Shown in pieces: positions 49,269 to 59,441 of a DNA stretch of 64,000 bases. Each line of letters starts with the position of its first letter. Within the stretch, counting starts at the first letter, position 1. The stretch is from NCBI GenBank assembly GCA_051531975.1, contig JAOPTT010000009.1, positions 448,001 to 512,000 of the forward strand. The letters are read 5' to 3'. The translations under genes and the position numbers were made by a program. Below the pieces are notes generated by a model. The model was not told where the DNA came from, ran no database searches, and saw nothing but the letters and a program-made list of their open reading frames with translations. Origin of the DNA: Spirochaetaceae bacterium. GTDB taxonomy: Bacteria; Spirochaetota; Spirochaetia; DSM-2461.

Positions 49269-51053
49269 TTAGACTGTAAATACTACAAGTTCTTCATTTA
49301 TTTTAGTTATAGCTGACATATTGTCACTACTCATCTCTTGTACACTTTTTACAATAGATTCAACATTCAATGTATTATCATATACATCACTTATTTTATC
49401 ATTTACCAATTCACTTATGCCAAGTAACCTCTGCATTTCAGATAATACTTGCTGACTTCCAGCACTCATTTCTTGTGATCCTGATTTAACATTCCCAGTT
49501 ATTTCGTTCATTTTATTTAGGGAGTCTAATATAACTTCACTACCACTACTTTGTTCCATCATGGTATATTTCATCTCTTCTTCTAAACGGTTAACTGTTT
49601 CAATTAAACTATTTACTATATCGAAGGATTCCCCAGTCTCTTTAGATTTAATAACAACATCATCAATTAACTTTTTCATAATATTTAGCTTTGATTCTAT
49701 CTGTTTAGACTGTAGTGTAGCTGATTCTGCTAGTTTTCTTATCTCGTCGGCTACAACAGCGAATCCTTTTCCAGATTCTCCAGCATGGGCAGCCTCAATT
49801 GCAGCATTCATTGCTAATAAGTTTGTTTGTGCCGCTATATCAGAAATAATCTGGTTCGTATCCATTAAACCTAAAGACTCATCATATACTTCACTAATTA
49901 ATTGGTTAGATTCAGACATATTATTCCGACCCTTTTCTGATGCACTTTTTAACTCTATAAAATGGCTATTTACTTCTTCAACATTTTTTGTTGCTGATTT
50001 TATATTAGAAACCATCTGTTCAATGGAAGAGGATGAGCTTTCTATATGTTCAGCTTGAACCTCAATCATTGTATTTAATGATCCAATATTAGAAACAACT
50101 TCTTCGATTGCCGAAGATGACTCTGTAACAGATGCTGTTTGCTCTGTAATTTGGTCTCTAACTTCTTGTATATCCCTATTTATATCATCAACTGCAACTG
50201 ATGTTTTACCCATATTCTCTACTAATGTATGTCCAAGCTTAGTTAATTTATCACCTGAACCTTTAATTCCGTTAACATTTGCCGAAAGACCTGTCATGAA
50301 ATCATTTAAATGACCACCTAGAACACCAATTTCATCTGCAGATTTATCGTTAATTCTTACTGTTAAATCTCCTTTAGATGCCTGTATAAACTTTTCAAAA
50401 AATATTTTAATTGGACTTGATATTGAACCTATTATAACAATAGCAACAATTATGGCTGATAATATAGTAACTAAAATAAGAATAATAGAACTCAGTACAC
50501 TACTCTTTTTAGTCTCTCTTGCACCTTCAATAAAAGATTCCGCTTTGTTAAATGCAAAATCTAGAATACTTTGGCTTTTATCAAAAAGTTTTTTTACATG
50601 GGCTGCCCCAGCTTGTTTTGTTATATCAGCAGCCTTTTCTTTTTGTCCACTTTTACTATATACAATTACTTCATCCCTAATTGTTTTCCAATTAATGAAA
50701 TCTTGTTTTAATGCTTCAATGTCTTTTAGATCCCCTAAAAACTGTGCCTCTACAATAACAAATAGTTCTAATACTTCTTTTTCGTAATTATCAATTGATG
50801 TTTCAACTTTCACAATACTTGCACTATTATTTGCCATAGCAATATCTTTCATGTCTCTATGCATTCTTGTTATATCACCCTGAATTTCCAACATTGTAGT
50901 TGTTATCTTAAAAGGGTGCTGGTATAATTTTTCGGTTAAAGTTGCCACCGTATTTATTTTCTGTAACTGTACCAAACTAACTATAACCATAATACTTATA
51001 GTCAAAAAAAACCCTATTGCTGTCCTTGTTCCGATGTTAATACTTCTAATCAC
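49269..51053 (-). CDS. Methyl-accepting chemotaxis protein (4HB sensor)
   Basis: 2 TM, KLYQHPF 4HB region, HAMP, conserved MCP hairpin tip. Confidence 0.95.
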   Translation of the reverse strand: MIRSINIGTRTAIGFFLTISIMVIVSLVQLQKINTVATLTEKLYQHPFKITTTMLEIQGDITRMHRDMKDIAMANNSASIVKVETSIDNYEKEVLELFVIVEAQFLGDLKDIEALKQDFINWKTIRDEVIVYSKSGQKEKAADITKQAGAAHVKKLFDKSQSILDFAFNKAESFIEGARETKKSSVLSSIILILVTILSAIIVAIVIIGSISSPIKIFFEKFIQASKGDLTVRINDKSADEIGVLGGHLNDFMTGLSANVNGIKGSGDKLTKLGHTLVENMGKTSVAVDDINRDIQEVRDQITEQTASVTESSSAIEEVVSNIGSLNTMIEVQAEHIESSSSSIEQMVSNIKSATKNVEEVNSHFIELKSASEKGRNNMSESNQLISEVYDESLGLMDTNQIISDIAAQTNLLAMNAAIEAAHAGESGKGFAVVADEIRKLAESATLQSKQIESKLNIMKKLIDDVVIKSKETGESFDIVNSLIETVNRLEEEMKYTMMEQSSGSEVILDSLNKMNEITGNVKSGSQEMSAGSQQVLSEMQRLLGISELVNDKISDVYDNTLNVESIVKSVQEMSSDNMSAITKINEELVVFTV

Positions 51054-51237
51054 TGTTATTCCCCATTATATTTTTCAAAATTCATATTACAATGATGTAA
51101 AGTTTAGTTCATTCTTGGGGAATGTCAATAATACTTATTACTAAATGTGAAAAAGTTTTTTTTAAAAATAATTGGATACATAAATGTTTGCTTTAAATAT
51201 GTCAGCTTGTTCTATATACTAAATATTGGAGTATTTA

Positions 51238-51969
51238 ATGAAGTTCGAAGAAATAGTTGTAAAAAAACCATCTGACCTGATTGTTGATAAAATTTGGAAA
51301 AAAATATTATCAGCGGAACTTAAACCAGGTGATAAACTACCTTCTGAGAGAGAACTTGTTAAAATCTTTAATGTTAGCAGTGTTACAGTTAGAGAAGCTC
51401 TGAATATTCTTGAAACAAATGGACAGATCCAAAAAAAAAGGGGAGCCCATGGTGGTAGTATTATTTTAGAGACAACTCCAGCTAGTGGGATCTCTCAAAT
51501 AATGAATTTCTTCGAAAAAAACCAATATACGATTAAACAATTAGAAGAATTTATACTTTCTGTATATCCTCAGATGGCATCAGAATCAGCAATTAATATT
51601 ACAGATAAACAGATCAATTATATATCTTCTATTCTTAAAAATCATAAATTAAAAATTGAAGAGACTGGTATCTCAGAATTGGCATTAGAATATGGTACAT
51701 ATGTTGGTTATACTACAAAAAACCCTATATATATGGTAATAAATGAACTATTTAATAAAATGTTAAGGGAACTAGAAACTAAATCTGGTTTAAACTCATT
51801 AAACCCTAAAAAACAAGATACAAAATATTACAAAGATTGTTATGTTCAATATAAAAAAATAGCAAATGGACTTTCTACAAAAGACCCATCCATTGCTGGA
51901 GAAAATACTAAAGAGGCACTTATAGAGATCTTTAAACTCTTAAATAATTATATCTCAGATAACTGCTAG
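51238..51969 (+). CDS. GntR/FadR-family regulator
   Basis: LKPGDKLPSERELVKIFNVSSVTVREAL wHTH; divergent FCD-like C-terminus. Confidence 0.9.
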   Translation: MKFEEIVVKKPSDLIVDKIWKKILSAELKPGDKLPSERELVKIFNVSSVTVREALNILETNGQIQKKRGAHGGSIILETTPASGISQIMNFFEKNQYTIKQLEEFILSVYPQMASESAINITDKQINYISSILKNHKLKIEETGISELALEYGTYVGYTTKNPIYMVINELFNKMLRELETKSGLNSLNPKKQDTKYYKDCYVQYKKIANGLSTKDPSIAGENTKEALIEIFKLLNNYISDNC

Positions 51970-52004
51970 TTATACCTAATCAAAAGTTATAAAGCCAAAG
52001 ATAA

Positions 52005-52044
52005 GGCAAAGTGGTTCGAAGAAGAACTTGAACCACAAGTTGCC
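52005..52044. terminator. Stem-loop between convergent GntR and nitroreductase genes
   Basis: GGCAA-a-GTGGTTCGA-agaagaac-TTGAACCAC-aag-TTGCC. Confidence 0.5.
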
Positions 52045-52051
52045 GGAAATC

Positions 52052-52684
52052 TTAGGCTAGAATTGTAACTAACTCTTCTCTACTTTTACGCACCTTTGGT
52101 AAACTAGCAAGCCAGTCTTTTTCTTCATCTCTATATCCTAAAGGAAGTAAAAGACAACTTCTAAGGCCTTTTTCTCGTAAACCTAAAAGTTTATCTAATT
52201 CATTTGGGTCAAAACCCTCAATTGGAGTAGAATCTACTTCTTCGAATGCTGCTGCTGTAATAGCTTGGCTAAAAGCAATATATGCTTGTTTTGACGTATG
52301 ATGAAAATTCTCTTCAGCATCTCTATTTGGATATGATTTTAATAACATCTGCCTATAACTTTCAAATCCTTCAAAAGTTTGTCCTCTTTTCTCATTTGTC
52401 AGATCAAACATTTTGTTTATTCTATCTTCAGTATATGTATCCCACGCTGCAAAAACCAGCAGATGTGAACATTCGGATACTACTTGTTGATTCCAAGCCA
52501 ATGCTTTAACTTTCTCTTTTAATTCTTTATTTGTAATCATTATAATTTCAAAAGGTTGTAATCCACTAGATGTTGGAGCTAATGATGCAGCCTCAATTAT
52601 ATTTTCAATTTTTTCGTTTGGAACAGTTTTACCATTCATCGCTTTAGAGGCATATCGCCAATTTAATTTATCTAATAATTCCAT
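52052..52684 (-). CDS. Nitroreductase family NAD(P)H-flavin oxidoreductase (NfsB-like)
   Basis: WRYASK, LAPTSSGLQP, DSTPIEGFD, LGYRD, KVRK. Confidence 0.92.
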   Translation of the reverse strand: MELLDKLNWRYASKAMNGKTVPNEKIENIIEAASLAPTSSGLQPFEIIMITNKELKEKVKALAWNQQVVSECSHLLVFAAWDTYTEDRINKMFDLTNEKRGQTFEGFESYRQMLLKSYPNRDAEENFHHTSKQAYIAFSQAITAAAFEEVDSTPIEGFDPNELDKLLGLREKGLRSCLLLPLGYRDEEKDWLASLPKVRKSREELVTILA

Positions 52685-52782
52685 TATATATTCCTATGAT
52701 AATAAGTTAATTTAAAGATACTACTTAATGGTAATGATTACTAGTAGTAGTGGTGAGAATTTAATTTAATAGTTAATAATTA

Positions 52783-52810
52783 GCTAACACCACAACTTTG
52801 TGATGTTAGT
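52783..52810 (-). terminator. Stem-loop downstream of 52817..53251
   Basis: GCTAACACCACAA-CT-TTGTGATGTTAGT imperfect inverted repeat. Confidence 0.5.
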
Positions 52811-52816
52811 TTATTA

Positions 52817-53251
52817 TTAATAATGCTTTTTAAAGTTTAATTGTGCATACTTTCTAGAAAAGAAAGATTTTGATTCTCTTGCTATTATTGAATAACAAGC
52901 TTTGTTGTAATATGTCGATTTGTCTTTTTCGCTAAGGTAATAATACTCATCAGAAACCATTTTAAATATATCAAATTTATCTAGGTGGTCTAATGTTTTT
53001 TCTATTTTTGTCCTAACCATTTCAAATGATTGTGGTAAAAATACATTTTCATGCCATGAAAAAAATGCTTGTTCTAATGTAATAGTATATGGAATATTTT
53101 CGTTAACAAACCATTTATGTTTATTAATATATTTACTTATTCTTTCTAAAATAGCGTCACTACTTACCGCTTTCTCTCCGCCCAGAAATTCAATTACATC
53201 CGGGTACAATTTTAGTAATTTCTCAATTACTTCTTTTTCTTTATTACTCAT
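52817..53251 (-). CDS. Hypothetical protein, DUF4032-like
   Basis: INKHKWFVNE...AFFSWHENVFLP resembles DUF4032; RBS GAGG. Confidence 0.55.
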   Translation of the reverse strand: MSNKEKEVIEKLLKLYPDVIEFLGGEKAVSSDAILERISKYINKHKWFVNENIPYTITLEQAFFSWHENVFLPQSFEMVRTKIEKTLDHLDKFDIFKMVSDEYYYLSEKDKSTYYNKACYSIIARESKSFFSRKYAQLNFKKHY

Positions 53252-53340
53252 CTATTTACCTCTTAATGTAATATTTATCTAAATGATAATAATTATTATT
53301 TAGAAAGTCCATAGTCAAAAGGATAAATTATTATAGATTC

Positions 53341-54015
53341 CTAATATTCTACTTCTAAATCGACTTTTTTAGCAAATTCTATACAGGTCTTCATATCTTT
53401 TTCTCCAATATGTCCTTTGTAGTATCTATTATCTTTATTTAATTTTATTAGTTTTTTGTACATTATTTTATAATCTGCGTCTGAAACTTTCTGTGTAGTA
53501 TCAAAGCCTGCTTTATATAATACATAAGCAAATGTATGGTTTACCCATCTAATTCTAGAAAGATCTGAAAGTTTGGTAAGCTTTAAAATTTCTTCATTAT
53601 CGATATCTGTTTTTATCTGTAAACCGGCTCTTTTTTCCTTGGTCCATGAGTTATTATAAAAACTTAGTGTATCTTTTATTCCATGTTCTTTAAGTTTTCT
53701 AACTGTATTTTCATCTATTGAGGGTAAGTCTATTAATCTGTTAGGTTTTTGGGTTATACCATTTATTACTCTTCGTAAAACAGTTAAATAATTTACTGGT
53801 ATTTTGGTCAACGTAGAAAATTCATCAATTTTGTTTTTGTTTTTAATTGCTGATATTAGTTCATAAAGATTCTTAATGTTAATACTTTCTACACTAGTAA
53901 AATTATCATCAATATTCTCTAAAAGTATTCTCCAGCTAGGAATCAGATCCGCGTTTTTTAATTCGTCTTTATATTCTGCTACTGATATTTTTTTTAAGTC
54001 TATATAGTAAGCCAT
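53341..54015 (-). CDS. DUF4332-like (HhH-type) protein
   Basis: LIDLPSI...KLKEHGI, LSDLSRIRWVNHTFAYVLYKAGFDT; RBS AGGAGG. Confidence 0.7.
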   Translation of the reverse strand: MAYYIDLKKISVAEYKDELKNADLIPSWRILLENIDDNFTSVESINIKNLYELISAIKNKNKIDEFSTLTKIPVNYLTVLRRVINGITQKPNRLIDLPSIDENTVRKLKEHGIKDTLSFYNNSWTKEKRAGLQIKTDIDNEEILKLTKLSDLSRIRWVNHTFAYVLYKAGFDTTQKVSDADYKIMYKKLIKLNKDNRYYKGHIGEKDMKTCIEFAKKVDLEVEY

Positions 54016-54084
54016 TTTTATAGCCTCCTAATTAATCTTAACATATCCCTACACCCAATTCAATTTTCAAATATTTTAATAAAT

Positions 54085-54113
54085 ACTCCATAGGCTTTAC
54101 TTACCTATGGAGT
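54085..54113 (-). terminator. Intrinsic terminator of leuS
   Basis: Perfect 10-bp stem ACTCCATAGG/CCTATGGAGT 7 nt after the leuS stop, with an AT-rich tail. Confidence 0.75.
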
Positions 54114-54120
54114 TAAAGAG

Positions 54121-56571
54121 CTATACAACTATAGAAACAAGTTTTTTAGGAACATAGATAAACTTTTTAATATCTTTTCCATCAATGTATTTTTTAACAT
54201 TATCATCAGCCAATGCTAACTTCTCAATTTCATCTTTTGTTATATCTGCACTTACATCAAGTTGTGCTCTAACCTTACCATGAATCTGAACAACAACTGT
54301 TATTTCAGACTTTGCAAGATAAGACTCGATAGCTTTTGGATAAGATTGTGTAAAAATAGACTGTTTCTTTCCAATACTTTCCCACATCTCTTCAGCTAAA
54401 TGTGGAGTAAAAGGTGCCATTAGAAGAATAAGAGTTTCTGTCGCGACTTTAACAATAGCACCGCTCTGATTCTCTTTTGGCAATTTCTTGTATTTATAGA
54501 ACTCGTTAACAAACTCCATAATTCTTGCAATAGAAGTATTAAACTGCATTTTATCAATATCTGTGTTTACATGCTTAATAGCATAGTGCATCTGGTAATA
54601 TAGGTCTTTCTCTTCTTTTGAAGTAGGTTTTGCTTCCCCTTCATTAGAATTAATACTCCAACTATTTTCATCAACTAGTTTATGAACTCTATTTACAAAT
54701 TTATCAACTGATTTTATCTGAGAATCACTCCAGGCTCCACCCTCTGTATAGGAGAAGTTAAACATTAAGTATGCTCTAAAAACATCAGCACCATACTCTT
54801 CTATATACGGATCAGGAGAAATTGTATTTCCTTTAGATTTACTCATCCGAGTGCCATCTTTTGCTAAAATAATACCTTGGTGAGTTAGGTTAGTAAAAGG
54901 TTCAAACTTTTTATCTTCCATTAAAACTTTACCAATAAATCTAGCATATAATAGGTGCATACATGCATGTTCTGGTCCACCAACATATCTATCAACTGGA
55001 AGCCAACTTTTGGTAATATCTTTATCAAAAGCGGCATCATTAATATTTGCAGAAGGATATCTGAAGTAGTACCAAGAAGAACAAACAAAAGTATCCATTG
55101 TATCTGCTTCTCTTTTAGCCTCTCCACCACATTTAGGACAACTTGCACTCATAAACTCTGCATTAGTTGCAAGAGGTGCATCACCTTTAGGTTTTATCTC
55201 TACATCGTAGGGTAATTTTATTGGAAGTTCTGATTCAGGAACTGGTTGTTCTCCACATTTATCACAATAAACTATTGGTATTGGTGCACCCCAGTATCTC
55301 TGTCTAGATATCAACCAGTCCCTAAGTCTAAAGTTTATTTCAGCATTACCAGAGTTTAACTCTTCTAGAACTTCTGTAACCTTTTTCTTCAAGTCTACTG
55401 ACTTCATACCATCATATTCTCCAGAGTTAATCATAACTCCAGGATCAGTATAAGCAGTTGTAATTTCATCTGCAGCTTTATCATTTTTTTTCTTTATAAC
55501 CTGGATAACTTCAAGACCAAAGTTGTTTGCAAACTCTAAATCTCTATCATCGTGGGCGGGAACAGCCATAACTGCACCAGTACCATAAGAGTATAATACA
55601 TAGTCTCCAATCCAAATTGGAATTTGTTTCCCATTTATTGGATTTGTAGCATATGCACCAGTGAAAACTCCGGATTTATCTTTAGTTGTAGATAATCTAT
55701 CAACTTCTGATTTTAATGAAGTTTCTGTAATATAGCTCTCAACAGCCTCTTTTTGTTCTGGTGTAGTAATCTCCCCAACTAATGGGTGCTCAGGAGCTAA
55801 TGTCATATAAGTTACACCAAAAATAGTGTCCGGTCTTGTAGTAAAAACAGGAATATCATGGTTTGGCATTTTAAAAACTATTTCAGCACCAACAGACTTT
55901 CCAACCCAGTTTTTTTGCATTGCAATTGTTTTTTCTGGCCAGTTAACATCGTTATGCCCGTCTAATAAGTCTTGGGCATAATCGGTAATCTTAAAAAACC
56001 ATTGAGTTAAGTTTTTCTTAATAACAAGAGTTTCACATCTCTCACAACCACCATCTTTTACCTGCTCATTTGCTAAAACAGTATTACAACTAGGGCACCA
56101 GTTAACAGGTGCTTTTTTTCTGTATGCTAAACCTTTTTCATATAATTTTAGGAATATCCATTGAGTCCACTTGTAATAATCTGGTTTTGACGTATCGATA
56201 TACTTAGACCAATCATACATTGCTCCAATACCTTTTAACTGTTTAATCATATATTTAATATTTGCATTAGTACTATCTTCTGGGTGTATACCTTTTTTTA
56301 TAGCGTGATTCTCAGCAGGTAAACCAAAGGCATCAAATCCCATAGGTTGGAATACATTGTATCCCATCATTTTTTTATACCGTGCATAAGTGTCTGAGGG
56401 ACCATAGTTGTACCAGTGTCCGCAGTGAAGTTTATCTCCTGACGGATAACTAAACATTTCTAACATGTAGAATTTCTTTTTATCATCATCTAAATCTACT
56501 GTATGACAATTATTATCTTCCCAATAACCTTGCCATTTTTTTTCTATTTCACTAAAATTATAACTACTCAT
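54121..56571 (-). CDS. leuS: Leucine--tRNA ligase
   Basis: MFSYPSG..LHCGH (HIGH), FTTRPDT and GTGAVMAVPAHD editing motifs, LRDWLISRQRYWG, RMSKS. Confidence 0.97.
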   Translation of the reverse strand: MSSYNFSEIEKKWQGYWEDNNCHTVDLDDDKKKFYMLEMFSYPSGDKLHCGHWYNYGPSDTYARYKKMMGYNVFQPMGFDAFGLPAENHAIKKGIHPEDSTNANIKYMIKQLKGIGAMYDWSKYIDTSKPDYYKWTQWIFLKLYEKGLAYRKKAPVNWCPSCNTVLANEQVKDGGCERCETLVIKKNLTQWFFKITDYAQDLLDGHNDVNWPEKTIAMQKNWVGKSVGAEIVFKMPNHDIPVFTTRPDTIFGVTYMTLAPEHPLVGEITTPEQKEAVESYITETSLKSEVDRLSTTKDKSGVFTGAYATNPINGKQIPIWIGDYVLYSYGTGAVMAVPAHDDRDLEFANNFGLEVIQVIKKKNDKAADEITTAYTDPGVMINSGEYDGMKSVDLKKKVTEVLEELNSGNAEINFRLRDWLISRQRYWGAPIPIVYCDKCGEQPVPESELPIKLPYDVEIKPKGDAPLATNAEFMSASCPKCGGEAKREADTMDTFVCSSWYYFRYPSANINDAAFDKDITKSWLPVDRYVGGPEHACMHLLYARFIGKVLMEDKKFEPFTNLTHQGIILAKDGTRMSKSKGNTISPDPYIEEYGADVFRAYLMFNFSYTEGGAWSDSQIKSVDKFVNRVHKLVDENSWSINSNEGEAKPTSKEEKDLYYQMHYAIKHVNTDIDKMQFNTSIARIMEFVNEFYKYKKLPKENQSGAIVKVATETLILLMAPFTPHLAEEMWESIGKKQSIFTQSYPKAIESYLAKSEITVVVQIHGKVRAQLDVSADITKDEIEKLALADDNVKKYIDGKDIKKFIYVPKKLVSIVV

Positions 56572-56607
56572 GGAAACGATAATATCAGAAGTAGAGGGGT
56601 TGGTCTA
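56572..56607 (-). promoter_or_regulatory. sigma70 promoter predicted to give leaderless leuS mRNA
   Basis: Minus strand TAGACC-N17-TATTAT-N7-ATG with extended TG; no SD. Confidence 0.55.
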
Positions 56608-56613
56608 GAAAGA

Positions 56614-57009
56614 TTATCTCTTTCCCCTGCATCTATAACACCCAAGGACATGAACATGGTTTTTCCCTGGCTTTTCAAATAGTCTTGCAATTACATATTC
56701 TTTATCCGATAACCTTTTTTTACAAGCGGGGCAGGTACGTATGGATTCTGGTTGGAATTTCGGTTTTGGGTGTTCTCTATAACAATATGGACAGCCAAAA
56801 ATGTGCATAATATCGTCAGACTTTGAGTTATACCTTATCGAGTGAACTCTCTCGTTTTTCTGCAGGGGCCACTGACAGATAGGACAAGGCTTTCCTACTG
56901 GTAGAGATTCAGTTATCTCTTCTTCTTGATGTTTTTTACTAGAGTTAGAGTAAAAAAGAAGTATAAATATTAAAAAAAGTAGAAAAATTACAAGTATATA
57001 TGGAAGCAT
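56614..57009 (-). CDS. Membrane-anchored protein with four CxxC motifs (Zn-binding)
   Basis: N-terminal TM; CPIC, CPYC, CPAC, CYRC. Confidence 0.75.
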   Translation of the reverse strand: MLPYILVIFLLFLIFILLFYSNSSKKHQEEEITESLPVGKPCPICQWPLQKNERVHSIRYNSKSDDIMHIFGCPYCYREHPKPKFQPESIRTCPACKKRLSDKEYVIARLFEKPGKNHVHVLGCYRCRGKR

Positions 57010-57080
57010 TACTTATAATATTTTTTCTATTTTTAAAAATCAATAGTTTTATTTTATTCAGAGTGTGATATATTTATAGT

Positions 57081-58679
57081 ATGGGCGATTTTGATGACAT
57101 AATAGGGCTACCAACAGGGGGCCAAGGTGAAGATATCTCTGTACTTCCATCTTTTAATGATCTTTTTGACGAAGAAGATGGTGGAGCATATGCTGAAGAA
57201 AAGGAAATCTTTGACGATATAAAGGTTTTTAAAGGACCAATTGTAAAAAATATATTTGGTGAAAAATTTTATAAAATAGTTCTTCAAAATGAAGATGAAC
57301 TAGCTCAAAAACTTCATACTTCTTTAGCATCATTTTTGAAAGCAACAGATCCCCAGGATAAAACTATGTTTCGTGGTCGTCTAGAACCAGTTGTTTGGGA
57401 TATGGTAGGTAAAATAGCTCAGAAAGTAGGAAATGCTCTTCCAATGGAGAAGAAACTGTTTTTACGGTATGCATTACTTCTTCCATCATTAATTAGTAAA
57501 GAACAGAAAAAGAACTTTTCATCAATAATTATCGATAATAAACATGGTGAACCTGTACATTATTTAGATGAATGGTTAGAGATGGTAACATTAGGGGAAG
57601 TCTCTCCTCTTGGCTCAGATGAAGCTCCAGTTAAAGCTACACAAAAAAGAGGAAAATCTGGTCTTAGAATGCAAAAAGATAAATTTTCTGGTGTCTATGA
57701 TGGGAAGCTTGCAACTCTTAAAAGTCTTCAGAAAAAAAGATCTATTATGGAAAAATCAATAGTAAACCATATTAAGTCGCTAACTTCCCATTCTCCACAT
57801 CCAAATCTTGCTCCAATAGAAATGCCATATTCATCAATTCAGAAAAGTTCTTTAGTTGAACTTATAACTACAACAAAGGACCTGCAGAGAATAGACAGAG
57901 AATTTAGTGCAGCAATTCAAGATGCTAAAGCTTCTAAGGTTAAGCTAGATGATGTCTTGCAACGAATGGACAATGAACCTACTGAGTCCGTTGATCCATC
58001 AATTATTAAAAAAGAAGTTAATAATCTTAGACAGATACATAAAATGTGCGTTGGTAGACAGGGGAATCACTTCCCCGTTTTACACGGGAATTATATATCT
58101 ACTAATTTTAACGATATTGCAACTAGGGAACAGATCTTAGTTATTATGAAGGATGTAGAAAGTTTTGACCCTGGTGCATTTCAAAGAATTCACAAACGTG
58201 AAGCTCATAGAATTGTTCCCCATGTTATCATTATTCCTTGCTATGGAGATAAAGGTGTTTGTTGGGAGCCATTTGAAAAATTTAACAGAGCTACAAGTCG
58301 TGGGCGAATTGCCGTACCACTCTATCCAAAAAATATAAAACTAGCGGTTATTACAGCTATTGCCGATCTTAGATGGGAAGTTGCTAAAGCAAAAGCTCAA
58401 TACTATTGGATGGAAGAGGGTATTACTGGAAAATACTTCCAGTGGTTCGATGAAAATAAAATGCGTGGTGATGTAAAAATGAAGTTTATCGAAGACTATA
58501 TTTTATGGATTACAAAAGAAAGTGCTGGAACTCAGAAACTAGATAAAGAGGTTAGGGGTATTTTTTGGAGAAACTTACCGTTTCCAAAAGAGACTAGAGA
58601 ATATCTTAAAAATCGTGGATTTGTATATAACGAATTATATAAAAAGGATAATAATCGAGAGCTTAGTAGTGGTTACTAA
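57081..58679 (+). CDS. Conserved-looking hypothetical cytoplasmic protein
   Basis: 532-aa ORF with coiled-coil middle and motif-rich C-terminus (CVGRQGNHFP, IIPCYG..GVCWEPF, YWMEEGITG); no function recognised. Confidence 0.75.
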   Translation: MGDFDDIIGLPTGGQGEDISVLPSFNDLFDEEDGGAYAEEKEIFDDIKVFKGPIVKNIFGEKFYKIVLQNEDELAQKLHTSLASFLKATDPQDKTMFRGRLEPVVWDMVGKIAQKVGNALPMEKKLFLRYALLLPSLISKEQKKNFSSIIIDNKHGEPVHYLDEWLEMVTLGEVSPLGSDEAPVKATQKRGKSGLRMQKDKFSGVYDGKLATLKSLQKKRSIMEKSIVNHIKSLTSHSPHPNLAPIEMPYSSIQKSSLVELITTTKDLQRIDREFSAAIQDAKASKVKLDDVLQRMDNEPTESVDPSIIKKEVNNLRQIHKMCVGRQGNHFPVLHGNYISTNFNDIATREQILVIMKDVESFDPGAFQRIHKREAHRIVPHVIIIPCYGDKGVCWEPFEKFNRATSRGRIAVPLYPKNIKLAVITAIADLRWEVAKAKAQYYWMEEGITGKYFQWFDENKMRGDVKMKFIEDYILWITKESAGTQKLDKEVRGIFWRNLPFPKETREYLKNRGFVYNELYKKDNNRELSSGY

Positions 58680-58689
58680 AAGACGGAAA

Positions 58690-58974
58690 CTACCGTCTTC
58701 TAGGTTTGATTAGCGGCTCTAAATATTTCTCTAAATCATATTTAGCAATTACAAACTTTGTAATTTTTGAATAAACAACAAATGCTAAAACCATACCACC
58801 TAATATCGCAGCAATTAAAAATGGTATATAAATTGTGTGTCCTGGTTCATAACCTAAAGCTTTTAATGTAAAAGATACTCCAGCTAAAAGACCCATAATA
58901 AAAATTATCATTAATAATATATTTAACACCGTACCAGCTAAAACAAATAATATTGTACTTAATTTTTTATTCAT
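58690..58974 (-). CDS. Small two-TM membrane protein
   Basis: Two hydrophobic helices; overlaps the lspA-like stop. Confidence 0.75.
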   Translation of the reverse strand: MNKKLSTILFVLAGTVLNILLMIIFIMGLLAGVSFTLKALGYEPGHTIYIPFLIAAILGGMVLAFVVYSKITKFVIAKYDLEKYLEPLIKPRRR

Positions 58975-59440
58975 GTTGAATGTTACTCCTGTTTTTTATA
59001 ATTAAGGATATTAACATAATAATGATACAAAAGACTACAGTCAGATCAGCAATATTAAATATTGGTATAAATTGTGGCTGAGTTAAATGTATAAAAACTA
59101 GTTTACCTTCTGGCCTAATTATTCTATCTATAGTATTTCCAAGGACTCCTGAAATTAGCGCCCATAGAGTCCATCGTTGTAACTTAATATAATAATTGCT
59201 TCTGATTAAAGAAATAATTAATATGATTACAACAACAATAGGGATTACTATTTGTATTATTAATTGAGTTCTTCCATCAGTATATATAATGCTATTATCG
59301 TTTTGGTTTGTTAAATATAAACCCCTAATAAGAGGAATCCTATCAAATATTGTTGTATATTTATTTATTAAAATTTTTGAACTTTGATCTAATAATAAAA
59401 GGAAGAGACAAAGAGCTACTGGTAATCTGTTTCCTGCCAA
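58967..59440 (-). CDS. lspA: Signal peptidase II (LspA) homolog, degenerate
   Basis: LDQSSK, GVLGNTIDR, FNIAD present; VVDF motif reads KLVF. Confidence 0.75.
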   Translation of the reverse strand: MAGNRLPVALCLFLLLLDQSSKILINKYTTIFDRIPLIRGLYLTNQNDNSIIYTDGRTQLIIQIVIPIVVVIILIISLIRSNYYIKLQRWTLWALISGVLGNTIDRIIRPEGKLVFIHLTQPQFIPIFNIADLTVVFCIIIMLISLIIKNRSNIQHE

Positions 59441-59441
59441 T

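Noticed and set aside
48620..49830. Inverted similarity between the two MCP genes as a DNA repeat or invertible segment
   Set aside because: It reflects the conserved MCP signalling tip with many synonymous differences; no recombinase or exact repeats.
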